From Hydrolagus colliei (taxonomy: Eukaryota), in the NCBI GenBank assembly GCA_035084275.1, contig CM068770.1, positions 2,604,001 to 2,668,000 on the forward strand: DNA of 64,000 nucleotides, given 5' to 3'. The notes below the pieces were generated by a model. The model ran no database searches. It had not been told where the DNA came from and was given only the letters and a program-made list of their open reading frames with translations. Below are positions 1 to 12,537 of this stretch, piece after piece. The translations under genes and the position numbers were made by a program. Numbering within the stretch: the stretch's first letter is position 1; each line of letters opens with the position of its first letter.

Positions 1-3000
1 CACGCGACATGACGATAATGCACAATAACAAACCTCGCGTTCGACATAGCGTCTGATCATGTCTTCGAGGCGCGTCAAAGCGCTTCACAGAATACGCTGT
101 ACAGCGAATCGACTGCACCTTTTGTTTTGTGGGTGGAACGCACAACAGGCAATTACGCACAGCAGCGTCCCACGAACGGTCGTGGATTGAGTGACCAAAA
201 CATTATTATCATGATTAAAAACTGACTGCGAGTGGAAAGGGTGACCGACAGCAAAAAAAAAACGTGGGAAAATAATCGACCGTCCCCTCTTACTACGCAG
301 GCTTTGAGACGTCCTCCTGACTTGAGCAGCGCTGTTTACCAAGGCGAATGATTGCATCGCTGAAGGTTATCAAACAGCATTGTGCGCGTGACATCGATTA
401 AAAAAAATAAGCTCGTGGTGACCTGCAACAAAACACTCCATTACAAAACAAACAAGAGCTCATCTTCGTCGCAAGTTGACGAAAAAAGCAATTTCAGGTG
501 GAGGCCAAGTCCTAAAAGCATATCTGGCAAGCTGCTGAACATTCATCACTGATTTCATCATCGCCGTTAGATTACTGGTGTTTGCGTTTCATTGTGACTG
601 ACTTAACCGAGGGATCCAGGCACCACATGTTAGGGTTACAGAAAGAGCTGACTTAAGTAAGTCACAAAGACACGTTTTGGCAGCTGATTCTGGTGAATAG
701 GCAGAGCGTGAAGGTAACAGTTCAACTGAGCAACTGTAGTTGAACTGGGCAGGTCTATGCAGAGTCACAAAATGTTGTGCAACTTGTCAAGTGCTATAAT
801 AGTAAATGTACGATCGCGCGTGACCACGATAATAATAATATTCCTTACGTTTGGTGCAATCCTTTATCACATCGACTGAACTTCTCAAAGCGCTTCACGA
901 GATTACACTGAAAGTGGGGTGACTGTGTGTATTTTGTAGATGAACGTGACAAGTCAATTAAGCGCGCAGACAGTTACGAAGTGAATGAGCGGGTTTTCTC
1001 TGGGGGAGTTTGGAAGATCACAGAGGGAAAGGCGCAGCGAGAGAATCTTGTAATTGAATCAGTGGAGAACTGGGAGCTGAAGCGCGGGTAGGGACGGAGA
1101 ACTCAAGGCCGGAAAAGGCTAAAGTACCTTACACCGCAACACAGCAAAAAAAAAAGCACATTTTTTTCATTCACAAGTGAAATACAAATTTTTTGAAGCG
1201 CGTCTCATTCCTCAAACTTTGCATACTTTGCACGTTTCAGAAGTATATTCAGTAGAGACAGTTTTATTGCAACGCTTGAATACCCCAGACAAAATAAACC
1301 TTTGCTCTCGTTTGGGCTGCAGTTTTGAGATGCTTTTATTATGGTGACTCGCAACGCAGTGAAGATAGAGTTACTAAGGATGCCAAACAAGAAAAAAAAT
1401 CTGCAAGATTTACTGGCTTGTTTTGAGCAACAAGTGGAGTGCTGTCATGGACTCCTTTAAGCGTTTTGATTCAAAGCAGCTGTAAACAATTGGGGAGATC
1501 CATACTTGGAACCGAATCGTGAACAGTGACAAAGGTCCTGCAAATGATGGATTGTGTTGTGTTGCTTTAGTCCGGCTTGTTAGGGCGTTGAACCACAGAC
1601 AAGCCTTGCCCGATGATGGGGGCAGAATCCAGGTTAGCTTTTTAAAAGAAAATGAGAGCATAATACCGAAATACTCCTTGCATTTGATAAAACACCTTAT
1701 CACACCTTTGTGGCCTCTCGAAAGGCTGCACGGAATATAGTATAAAGTGTGAAGACAGTGTATTTTGTAGGCGAAACACGGTAGTCAATCGCGAACAGCG
1801 TGTCCCACAAACAGCGGTGTCGTGGATTGGTATCTGATTGTGCGAAATATCTGACCAGGAGAAAGGGCGTGAGGAAAGGGACAGAGAATGGAATGTAAGT
1901 GATAGCTCTTTCAGAGAGCCAGCACAGGCGTGATGGGCCGAATGGCCTCCTTTCTGCGCTGCAACTTGCTGCGGTTGTGTTGCCTAACGACAGGACCGGA
2001 GGCAGTCTCTCTTTCACTGGTCACAAACGGATGAAAGGTCAAATCAGGACGTCCTCGTAAACCACTATCGCTGGCCCACTCCATTGGTTTCACGACAGGA
2101 CTTCAGAAAAAAAGAATCGGCAAGCAAGCAAAAGGGGAGACGAGTTGACACTCAGAAAACTACTTGTCAAGATGCCCAGCCATTGCAAAACAGTGAGCTC
2201 TCCTGATAAAAGCATACATTTCTGTCTCTTTGCATACGATTACCCCCGGATGTTACAGAGGCCTGAAATTCCACCCGATCTTCGCCTGCAAGTCTTAAAG
2301 TTTAAGACTGTGCAGAATTATAATAATCCTTGCATTCGCATTCTTATTGACGTCTCAAAGCGCCTCACAGAGTACACTGTAAAGTGAATTGAATGTATAT
2401 TTGTGGGCGAAACACGGCAGCCAATTGCACACAGCAGTGTCCCCACAAACAGTTTATAATGTGGATTGAGAAAAGACCGATTTTATTACTATTAGTATTG
2501 GGGGTATTTTTTTTCAGCGGGGATTATTATCAGGCATGTGTGTGTTAATTTGGGTGTCGGTTGGCCTGAAGAACTGTGGGGGAAACTGCGGCTGAGCCAG
2601 TGAGGAAAGCAATCAGGCATTTGCAACAGCTAGCCCAACAGAGGCAATGTGGTCACAGGGAAGGCTGGTCACTGGAGAGAGGTAACTGAGGTGAGTGTTC
2701 AAGGAAATATGCCTTTAAGCAAAGAGAGAAGGTTAAAAAAAAATTGACAGGATAAAACAGACAACTTGTGCCATCGTTTATGAAGTCGCTGACTTATCTA
2801 AGAATAAAACAAAATCTTTGCTAATTGCTAATTTGCTCAAATTTGATATAGCACCTTCCACATCAGGATGGATATCTGCGTGTAGTGACTGTGTGTTTTG
2901 GAGGTGTTTTATTACTCTCTGCGCACATCCTTTTGAAGCCCAGAAGTTGACCACAGTTGGGAGTAAATATTTAGCCTGGCCTCGTCCTAAGCAACTACAG

Positions 3001-4254
3001 TAACAACAACTTGCATTCATATTCTCTAGTGCCCTCCGCTCAGGGTAGCGTCTCAGAGCAGTGGCGGAGGCTGACTCATTATGTTTAATGTCCCCAAGTA
3101 GCTTCTACAGAAGGCAAAGCGCGGATTCAGTCTGGTTTTAATGACCATTTCCTTTACAGAGAGGCAACCGGGGGCTCATTTGAACCGTAATTGACCGAAC
3201 AAAACTGAAGAGTGAGACCCTGCAGTTCTGTGTTGTACCTATTAATCAGGGAACCCAGTCAAGGGGGATTTCAACCATGGCACAAGTTAGGTTTTGAATT
3301 GGGTTAATTATCGATTAGATGTATTAAAAAAAAAGTGATGATTTTGGTGACTGAAAAACAGATGTGGGGAGGGCATTTCATGGTGTGTACGAGTGTTCAA
3401 AGTTGGTGGGAAACAGACCTGAGTCTAACCTTTGACATCAGGAAGCCCTGCGGGTGATTCATTAAGACATGGAGCGCTAGTGCCTTTGAGCTGTTTGTCA
3501 CAGGACATTAGGATGTCTCCGCAGAGATTAGTAAGAGTTAATAAAAACAGAATGAGCTGAAGGATACGACCAGGAATCAATCCTTTTGCGTCTCCGTGCG
3601 TAAGAGTAAAATGAGATACCATTGTTTATTCCAGCATCAATCAAAGTTTGAACTATTTTGTGAGGCTAACATATTTTATAAAGAGCAGAGAGAAAGGTTC
3701 GCTTTTTTTCAAGGAAGGTCTGAGACAAATCTATTAGGAATGTAGCTCGTACGCAACACAGCTGGAACAGGAGACCCTGGGAAGTTACTGGACATAAATC
3801 AGGAACCAACTCTGCGCTTACACTGATAACATTGCAATCACAGGCACCGGGTTTCGTGTAAAACTGATCATGTGTTGGTTTGTTTTCGACCGATGGTCAC
3901 AATACTCGCGATCTATCGGGAACACCCTTTGTAAACGCAAGATAAAGACCTAAAATCACGTTAAACTCACGCGTTCAAATGCACAATGACCTTCGATGGC
4001 AAGGCGCCATTTTTGCTACGTCGCGTTCGAGAGAACACTGATTCTGATGTTCAGCAGAGAAATCAACATGAACGGACAGTCAGTATAGATTGTTCAATGT
4101 CAGTGGGAGGTTTGAAGGACAATTGATTTACTATATATAAAAGTTTTGAAACATTGGCTAGGGAAAGTTCTTAGCTGACAGCTCGTAAATTTTTTTTTTT
4201 TAAAACATTCAAAAGGACAAACGATTATCCGCCCTAATGCTGCCACACTTTCTC

Positions 4255-4595
4255 CTGCACTCGCCTCTTAAGCGAGAGGACCTGGGTTCAATACCCAGCA
4301 GGGCCAAACTCTAATCAAGTTTCCTTACACCACACGCCTGTGTTTACCTCGCAGTAACCAGAAACACGGTTTAGTCGATTGGCACATCGCTTTTCTAGGG
4401 GTAATGAAACAATGATACTAATTCGGTCACGCAACCCACGACTGTTTATGGGACATTGCTGTGTGCAATTGGCTAGCCGCGTTTCACCCACAAAACAGTC
4501 AATTCACTTTGCAGTACTGCATATTCCGTGAGGCGCTTCGAGACATCTAGAAGACGTAATAAGGCTACATCAAACACAAGGAGTATTATTATTAC
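4255..4595 (+). mobile_element. SINE, related subfamily (longer middle segment)
   Basis: tRNA-like head, aagtttccttac, Deu core and (att)n tail. Confidence 0.75.
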
Positions 4596-7500
4596 AGCAG
4601 AAGTTCAAGTCAAGATGTATTATGGCCAGATGATGGCTCAGTTTTGGGGCAGTCACCGGAGGACAGCGTTCAGATGCGGAATTTAGATCGGTTTCAACGA
4701 AGGAAAGAGGGATGTGATAATGTTGAATACACGTTTGAATAGGATTTGGCCGAGTCAGGGTTTGCCATTAACTGTGTTTGATTTTTTTCTCCCCACATCC
4801 CTCCCCCCAAACCCCACCCCCCTCCACCTCCTCTCTCTTGGCCTAAATTCACATTTCTTACAACGGAGGATTTTTGCTGTTGTGTCGGAAATTCGAGCCT
4901 GAACTGTACAAATACACCACGATCAAACCAGCTCACATTTCCTTCCCGGATTAGTGCTCCCCATCCCTGCGATCTGTAACGTATTAAACTGGCAGGAAAT
5001 GTGATATTTCCTCACCATAAATCCTTCCTCCCAGACACAGATCCCGTTCCCGACCAGCAGGAAGTTACACTGGCATCATTAAGGAAGGTGGCATCGGAAA
5101 TTTCTGCCGAACGACAGGAAACTAAAGCTGCAGACAAACCAATTTACAGCTCGATTAGATTGGGGAGGGTGTCATGGATTGGAAAATAAAACTTTATTGC
5201 CAGACTAAACCTTTGAGGTTGGCTAGTAATTGTTCGCTATTTGAGGCAAGAGTTTTCTCATGCCTTATCGTGTTGAAATGTCTCCAAAAAGGCTTTCCGT
5301 TTCCTTGAGATTAAGTGTAGTGACTGTGTTGGTCGACAAGCGTGGCAGCTAATTGTGCTCCTGATTCCCAGAGGCTGTGATGAAGAAGCTGTGGGACTTT
5401 CCTGGCTGAGAAAGCGGTTACTCACTGCTCACAGCATTTTATCATCGCGCCATCGAGGCGTCTCAAAGCGCTTCACAGAATATAGTGTAAAGTGAACCAA
5501 ATATGGTAAGCAAACTTGAGAAAGTGTTCCGTTCCTTCGGCGCGCCTGCCATTCCTTTCGTATCTTCAAGCAGAATAGTTAATGTTGGTTGAACAAACTC
5601 CTAGAGGTTCAGCACAGAGATTCACCCTGTAACACGGTTGTGAAACGCTGTCTCTCTCTCTCTCTCTCTCTCTAATCGCTAGTTCATTTGTTTTCTTTCA
5701 AAATCACAGTTTACTCTGCAATCTGTTTGGATCCAGGGAGAATCCGCGGCACTTTAATGTAACTGGGGGATGAACAGCACAAATTGATTCCAGCACCACA
5801 CAGACACCGAGCCACTGAGTAACAGATCAATTTCCCTTCGCACTGGCTGAACCATATTGAACACAGTTTAGCGTGAACATCTGCAATCCTCGTTTGGTGA
5901 CGCTAACCTTGTTTTTAGAGCTGCCCGGCTTTTCAAGGGATGTTCGGAACCTTATTTGTACTATCGGAGACATCCTTCTGAAGTGAACGGCTATGTCAAA
6001 TGCAAGGGTTATTGCTATGATTAGATTATAAAACCTAAACACAGGGAAACATATTACAATGCTTTACAATACAGCCCTGCCTTGATTATCAGGTCGCTGT
6101 TAAGCGCTCTGAGACACAACCCTACTTGGAGGACACTGTTTGTGCAAGCTGTTGTTGTGTATAGCAAGATTGCCAACTAACATTAGTAATATCGACCAAT
6201 ATTTTCTGGAGTAGTTTATCTCTGTTTTGCAATATGATCCTAAGTATCTAAATCTGAGAGATTGCTGCATCAGCTACTACGATTCAATTTGAATATTGTA
6301 CCTATATACCTATATATATTGTACCTATATATATTGTACCTATATTTAAATAGTCAATCAGAATGGTTCAGTAATTCTCCAATCACTCCCACGGTGAGAA
6401 GGTCAACACAATTTCCCACAAATACACGGTCGTTACACTTCATAGTTAAAATTCTGTGAAGTCAATGGCTTGAGACTTGAAAGGCGTTCCACCAAAAGCA
6501 AAGATTAGTCTTGTTATTATCATTGTTATGATTATGATAAGCATGCAACTTGAGTGATTTCCAAGTGATCTTCTGGCTTAGACATTTCCAGGCAGAGAGG
6601 GTGAAAACACAGCCCTCCACCCCCACCACCTTTCACAGGACCAGTCAGGATTTCAAAGGGTGTAATTAAATCCCGTATCAACCGTGATTGACAGTGAGGA
6701 ACTCAGATAGAAAAACATTCCATCACGTAGCTCTATTTGCGCTGATTCGGATCAATCAGGATGACCAGAGCACAAACCTCCAGCTCTTTCTCAACTGGGA
6801 TTAGTTTTATGTCTTTGGCTGTAACTGAGAAGGAATCCATGCCTAAAGAAAGCCAGTCCAATACCATTTTAGGAACAAGAGGAAACAATTCAGCCTATTT
6901 GATCTGGTCTGGCTGTTTATTACATCATGGCAGATCCTTTCAATCCCATCTCTTATTGAGTTGGGATCTGAACAAGATTCCTCAAAGATTCCCAAATGCT
7001 TCCCCATTCTAGTTGCATCAAATATGCGCAACATCTTTTCCTACTACAACCTCGTCGATTTTATTTTATATTTTAGTGTGGATTTTACTCCCCGCAGGAC
7101 AACTGTCCTCACACTTAACTTTGGAGGCCAAGTGAGGTGGGAATTAATGCTCGACACAAAAGGTTAAATTTCAAATTGAACAGATCATCATTAAATGCAG
7201 AACAATCTTAACCTTTATATGTCAAGTTGTATTCGCAAGCTGATCCAACGAGATACGGTTTGAGGCACGTAGGAATCCCTTGTGTTAATTAATGAAACCA
7301 AAAGTATGTACCTTTTTATTATATTAACTTTTTTAATTTATTGGTGTGATGTACTGAGTCCTGATGCACTATAAGAATCCTTGCATTTGATATACAGCGC
7401 CTTATCACCTTGTCTCAAAATGCTTCACAGGATTTACTGTGAAGAGCAGTGACCGTATTTGGCGGATGAAAGTGGCGGCCAGTTTGAAAAACACTGTATT

Positions 7501-9839
7501 TGTACAATGCCTACAAACATTGTCGAAAACGGAGCTTCGTAACGTGCCTCCTGTTTCCTGTAAACCGTTGCCCTCACTTCTGAAGGGAAGATTGAACTTC
7601 GCTATTTGCAGATTGGAACAAAAGGGAGAAATCGCTTCAGTTACTGAGCTTTTGGGGATGTATGGACGCTGATAATACGCTATTAACAAGCAATCAACAC
7701 AACAAGAAAGAAGGCAAAGAATGTTTTGAAGAGGATTGAAATCGACGCGGGAAGAGTCGGTTTGAAGGCAATCCAAATTGTGCGCAGTGATTGATATTGC
7801 TTCGTAACTCTTATCTAAATAATTGTATCTCTGGTGTTGGCAAACCTTGGCTTCGCTACTGGGTTTGCACCCCAAAACACGTCCCAGATAAAAGCTTCCT
7901 CTGCACAGCATCTCGCAGGCTCTTGAGCTCCCACCCGGCAATAAATTCAGATCAAGGATATCCAAAATCACTTTGAAGTCCACCTTGCCAGGGCTAAAAT
8001 AACAGAGGTTCCCCATTCCCCAGTGACTTCTGGAGGTCAGAAACCACTTACTCTGCCGACTGTGATTACTCAAACACTCTGTCCCAGGTCTGAGCAACCT
8101 TTCCCAAGAGTACGTCGGCCGTTGCTTCCCAACTGCTCAGCTCACCCGTCATTGAAGACATGGCCAGCGGTCTGGTGTTTTAAAGGGGACACCGTATTCA
8201 TCAATAGCTCAGCGTAAATCAGTTTCTTTTCCAAGCCACGGGAAACTTCAGTCGGCGAAATGAATCCGTGTTTCATTCCGCCCATGGAATGCATCAGATA
8301 ACCCCCCCACCACCCCCACTACCAATTGCAAATCCTGTCGCTTCTTGGCTTCACCGATAAAAGATGGAGATATCTCGGGGATATATATATATATATACGA
8401 ACCCATTTGCTTGACAGCCACCTCCTGTTTAAAGCTTCCAACCCTGTACCTGGAGCTCCTGTGGCTTAGTGGTTAGAGCACTTGTCTTGCAAGTCCGGGA
8501 GACCAAGCTGCCGCGATTCGCCCACAAATATACAGTCAATTCACTTTAGAGTATATTCTGTGAAGCGCTTTGGGACGTCGATAAGATGTGAAAAGTGCTA
8601 TATCAAATGCAAGGATTATTATTATTAACAGATGAAGGTTCCACTGAGGACATTCGCAAAGGAAGTGTTTTGTAGGAACAAAGCAGAACAACCAACCAAC
8701 CAACGGACGGGACAAAGTTTGGGACACGACATGTCAAGCGACTGCTAGGAAGGTGGTAGGTGAACCAGATGGACCTTGATCTTGTTTGGCCCGGCAAATT
8801 CTTACGTTCTTTAACCTCGTCACTTCAGTACACATGGTGTTCTGGAGAGCTCCGAGAAGGTTTTGGTGCCTCCTTCCTCGGGGATATTTTGCAAAGGCAG
8901 TTTACGTGGTAGACTACAGTGGGGGTTGAGTTACAATGCTTTTTTTTTTGCATGAACAAGGTACTACACTAATTACAACGTTGCTTTCTAACCAACGCTG
9001 AGAGCTGAAGCTTAGCTAGCCAGCCGATACCCAATATTTTGGCGAGCAAAAATCTCTTAAACCTCGCGTTCCACTGCACTCAAATGAAGGGAGAGCTCGA
9101 CGGCTGGACCGGTTGTGGCATTGGGTTGGATTTTGATTCACTGCTGGGTGAATAAAGGACCTGGCGGTTCTGACAGAAGTTTCGCCAATTGCAGTGACCT
9201 GCTACCTTGTGCAAGGAGCACATGAAACAAATGGGCGTTGAGGAATTTGCAATGCACAGTGTGATAAATTCTTATCAGTTATAATTATCATAGAACACAT
9301 CTCCCTACCCTACCACCCTCCCCCCCCCCACTCATCCTCCTCCAGTTGTAGCGTATCTGTGAATTGCGTGTGATGCTGCAATTTATATTAATAATCCCTG
9401 CATTTCATACAGCGTTCATCACGTCTTCGAGACGAGAGTCTCCAAGCGTCTCCCAGGAACAGGCTTGAAAATGAACCGACCGTGTATTTTGTGGGCGAAA
9501 CGCACACAAAATATAACCAGGGAAGGAGTGAATATATATATATATCTATATATTTTTAAAATACGCCACCGTTTGTGACGGAATCGACTGGGGAGCACAT
9601 CAAATCCGTCTGGAAACGTGACACGCACTGCTCGACTTGAGCTGGTCTTGTCAAAACAGTGAGGGAGGAAACTAACCTACGCCAACAGGAAGCTGGCTTA
9701 TGCTGCCAAATCACTTGAGGTCATATCCCCACACGTCACGCTCGTGCACGTGACATCTGGAGGCTGAACTCGACTGAATTTGGGTTCCGACACTTGGCAA
9801 TGCAGCTTGCTCTATTCCGCACTGCGGATTCCTGTTGCT

Positions 9840-10095
9840 GAGTGAGTGGTTGGAGCACTCGCCTCGCAAGCAAGCGGGACCTGGGTTCCATTCCCGGTCG
9901 GGGTGAAACGTTGAACAAGTATCCTTACTCCACAGACCTCTATTTACCCAGCAGTAAGTTAGGTTATTGGTCGATTGGCGGATCGCTTTTCTGGGGTGTA
10001 ATAATACCTTGGAAAAAAAGTGTTTTTGAAAATAATAATTTTTGTCACTCAATCCCCCTACTGCGCGCAATTGGCTGCCGCGTTTCGCCCACAAT
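9840..10095 (+). mobile_element. SINE, 3'-truncated
   Basis: Head and core present, tail missing. Confidence 0.7.
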
Positions 10096-12145
10096 ATATC
10101 CAGCGTAAACCTGAGGCATAAGCGTTCAGTTAATGATTTACGGAGAAAAGCACCCAGGCTGCCTGAGTGAAGGATACCAGACTGTGTTTTCAGGGTTATT
10201 CCTTTCAGTGATCAGGATTAGATCAAGTAAAGGCAAGTTAGCTGTCGATTCCTTCAAAACAAGAATACACTAACGCGCTGCTCTGTCGACAACTTGGCAA
10301 CTCGTCGGATTCCGTCTACAACTTTGAAGTCGGTTTTCTGTCGTTTCTTACAAGGATTTCAAAGATAAGGCTGCGATTTCTCTGGATGCTTTGAAATAAT
10401 ATTATTTATAAGAAGAAGAACCCTCGCGTTCGATATAACACCTCGTCACGTCATTGAGACGTCTCAAAGCGCTTCACTGAAGATACCGTAACGTGCAGTG
10501 ACTGTATCATTTGCTGCCTCGAGAGTATATCTAGATTCAGGTGGAATTTCTCCCCATTGGTGCTGCAGGAGTCAGTTTGGTTTGTGTCACTGCTCAATAC
10601 TCTGGCCCCCACTTTCCTCCGCACCTGAAGACCTTTCTCTTGGACTTCGCTGACGGTCAACTTCCCCCTCGCACCGGCTCGGCCTCGGTCTCCACATTGA
10701 GACACTGCCTGGCGTGGAGGGAGAGCGCTATACACACACAAGTTGTTGTGGTTGCATAGGGCAGTGCCAACAGTAAATGTGCTTTCTTCCGACTTGAGTG
10801 GATTCACCGGCAGATTCAAGCGATGATGCCTCTGGCTGGAGCTATCCGTCAGATAGGACAGAAAGACAGTCCCAGCCACAGGAAAGGGGGTTTCAGCTTT
10901 TAGAAAAATATACGACATAATTCCAACCGCGATCGAGGCAAGGAAACGATTAGTTAATAAAGAAAAGAAATTAAAAGTAGGCGAGTGTCTTATTTCCTCC
11001 TGCCATCTCTTTCCATTCATCGAATCCATAAAAGCAGCAGAGGGATGGATAGCGTAACTCCGGGTACATTTTATTCAAAAATAAATCTAGGGATTGTATC
11101 TACATAGGCATGGGCAAGTTTCATTACTCCACACACCTCCGTTTACCTAACGGCAAGAAGCAACTTGGTTATCAGTCAATTGGCAGGTGGTTTTTCTGGG
11201 GGTATATTATAATAATAGTAATTTGGTGACTCAATCCACGGCTGTTGTTGTGGGACACTGCTGTATGCAATTAGCTGGCGTGTTTCATCCCACAAAAATG
11301 TACAGTGAATTTACTTTACAGCATACTCCGAATTGTTGACTGCCCAGCAGCTTGGGAAGTTCTCCCAACGTGAAAGGCGATACACAAATGTCCTTTGTAT
11401 TGTATTGAAGCGCTTTGAGCCGTCTCAAGGACCGGGCAAGGCTCTGTATCAAATGCAAGGGTTATTATACATTATTATTTACGGGGAACAAAAGACAGCC
11501 TCTCCTTTTTTAACCCTCTTTCACCAGTAACCCAACTTCAAACTGGAGACAAAATTATTTTCTCAACAAAAGAGTTAACGGCGCAAAGGGCCTTAGGCTG
11601 TAGCATTCTACCGAGTCTCATTGCTCTCTGCAGCAATATTACTGCCTTGACATTGCGTTCGTTAAATGTGATTGACTATCTCACTGTGTTTTGTGGAAAC
11701 AAAACCCAAGCAGGAATTTTGTTACCGATTTATCTTTGAAACGACACTGATCAAACTCCACAGGGCAGGACACTTCACAAGGATTCTCCGAGGTCTCTGC
11801 GTTCGAGTGGGAACTGGAAGGATTGCAGAGGAAAGAGGCTGCGCTCTCAGTTTCAGCCAACTTCTTGGCGTAGTGTAAGAATCTGGACTCTTGCCTTGCG
11901 TTGAAAATTCAGTCCAGATTATAGGACATGGGAGGAGAAATAACATTGTTGTAACGTAAACGTGGAGACTGACTGACCGCACAGACATGCTCTTAACGAG
12001 GAGACAGACCCATTGCCTGCCCATGAGAAAGATCTAAACCACAGACGAGGAATTTTAACGCCGATAAGACACTGAACGGTGCGCTTAACGATCACAGACG
12101 TTGCCATCAATCACAGTAGATACGGTGAGGGATAAACGAAGGTAC

Positions 12146-12537
12146 CTGTTTTGTGAAAAGGATTGCCGTGTCAAAGTACTCGGGATTCTTATCGCTGGCC
12201 TTGTTGAACTTTTTCTGCCAGGCGCAGAAGTTCCTCAGGGTTAGTGCTGCGTTGCTTGAGATTTTAGGCCCCTTGTCTTCGTGACTAATGACTATAAACT
12301 TCACCACCACGATGCTGATGGGGTTCATGATGCTGGGGTGCTTGTAGAGCCTGGCCGCGACCGCCATCAGCATCAGGACGTAGTGTTTGAGATCGTTGCC
12401 GTGAAACTTGGACATCGATTCATCGGCCACCAGTAGGGTTTCCACAAAGCGGGGAATCGAAGCAAAGCGTTTGGATCTGCCGCTCTTCCTGCCCGTTGCC
12501 TTCTCCCCTTTGGACGGACGCTCCACGGAATGGGAGG
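12146..12537 (-). CDS. ADAMTS15: ADAMTS15 coding exon 2 (furin site RSKR and N-terminal half of the metalloprotease domain)
   Basis: Polypyrimidine tract and AG acceptor at 12539-12538. Phase 1 matches exon 1 (G+CC=Ala). RSKR|[18 protein letters not shown]...[15 protein letters not shown]...DTAILFTKQ closely resembles ADAMTS15. Donor CAG|GTACC. No further ADAMTS15 exon recognised in 1-12145. Confidence 0.94.

Noticed and set aside
7405-8097. 230-aa minus-strand ORF as an ADAMTS15 exon
   Set aside because: No ADAMTS or other recognisable motif, and it ends in a SINE.
10451-11029. 192-aa minus-strand ORF
   Set aside because: Crosses L2 and SINE remnants; no domain signal.
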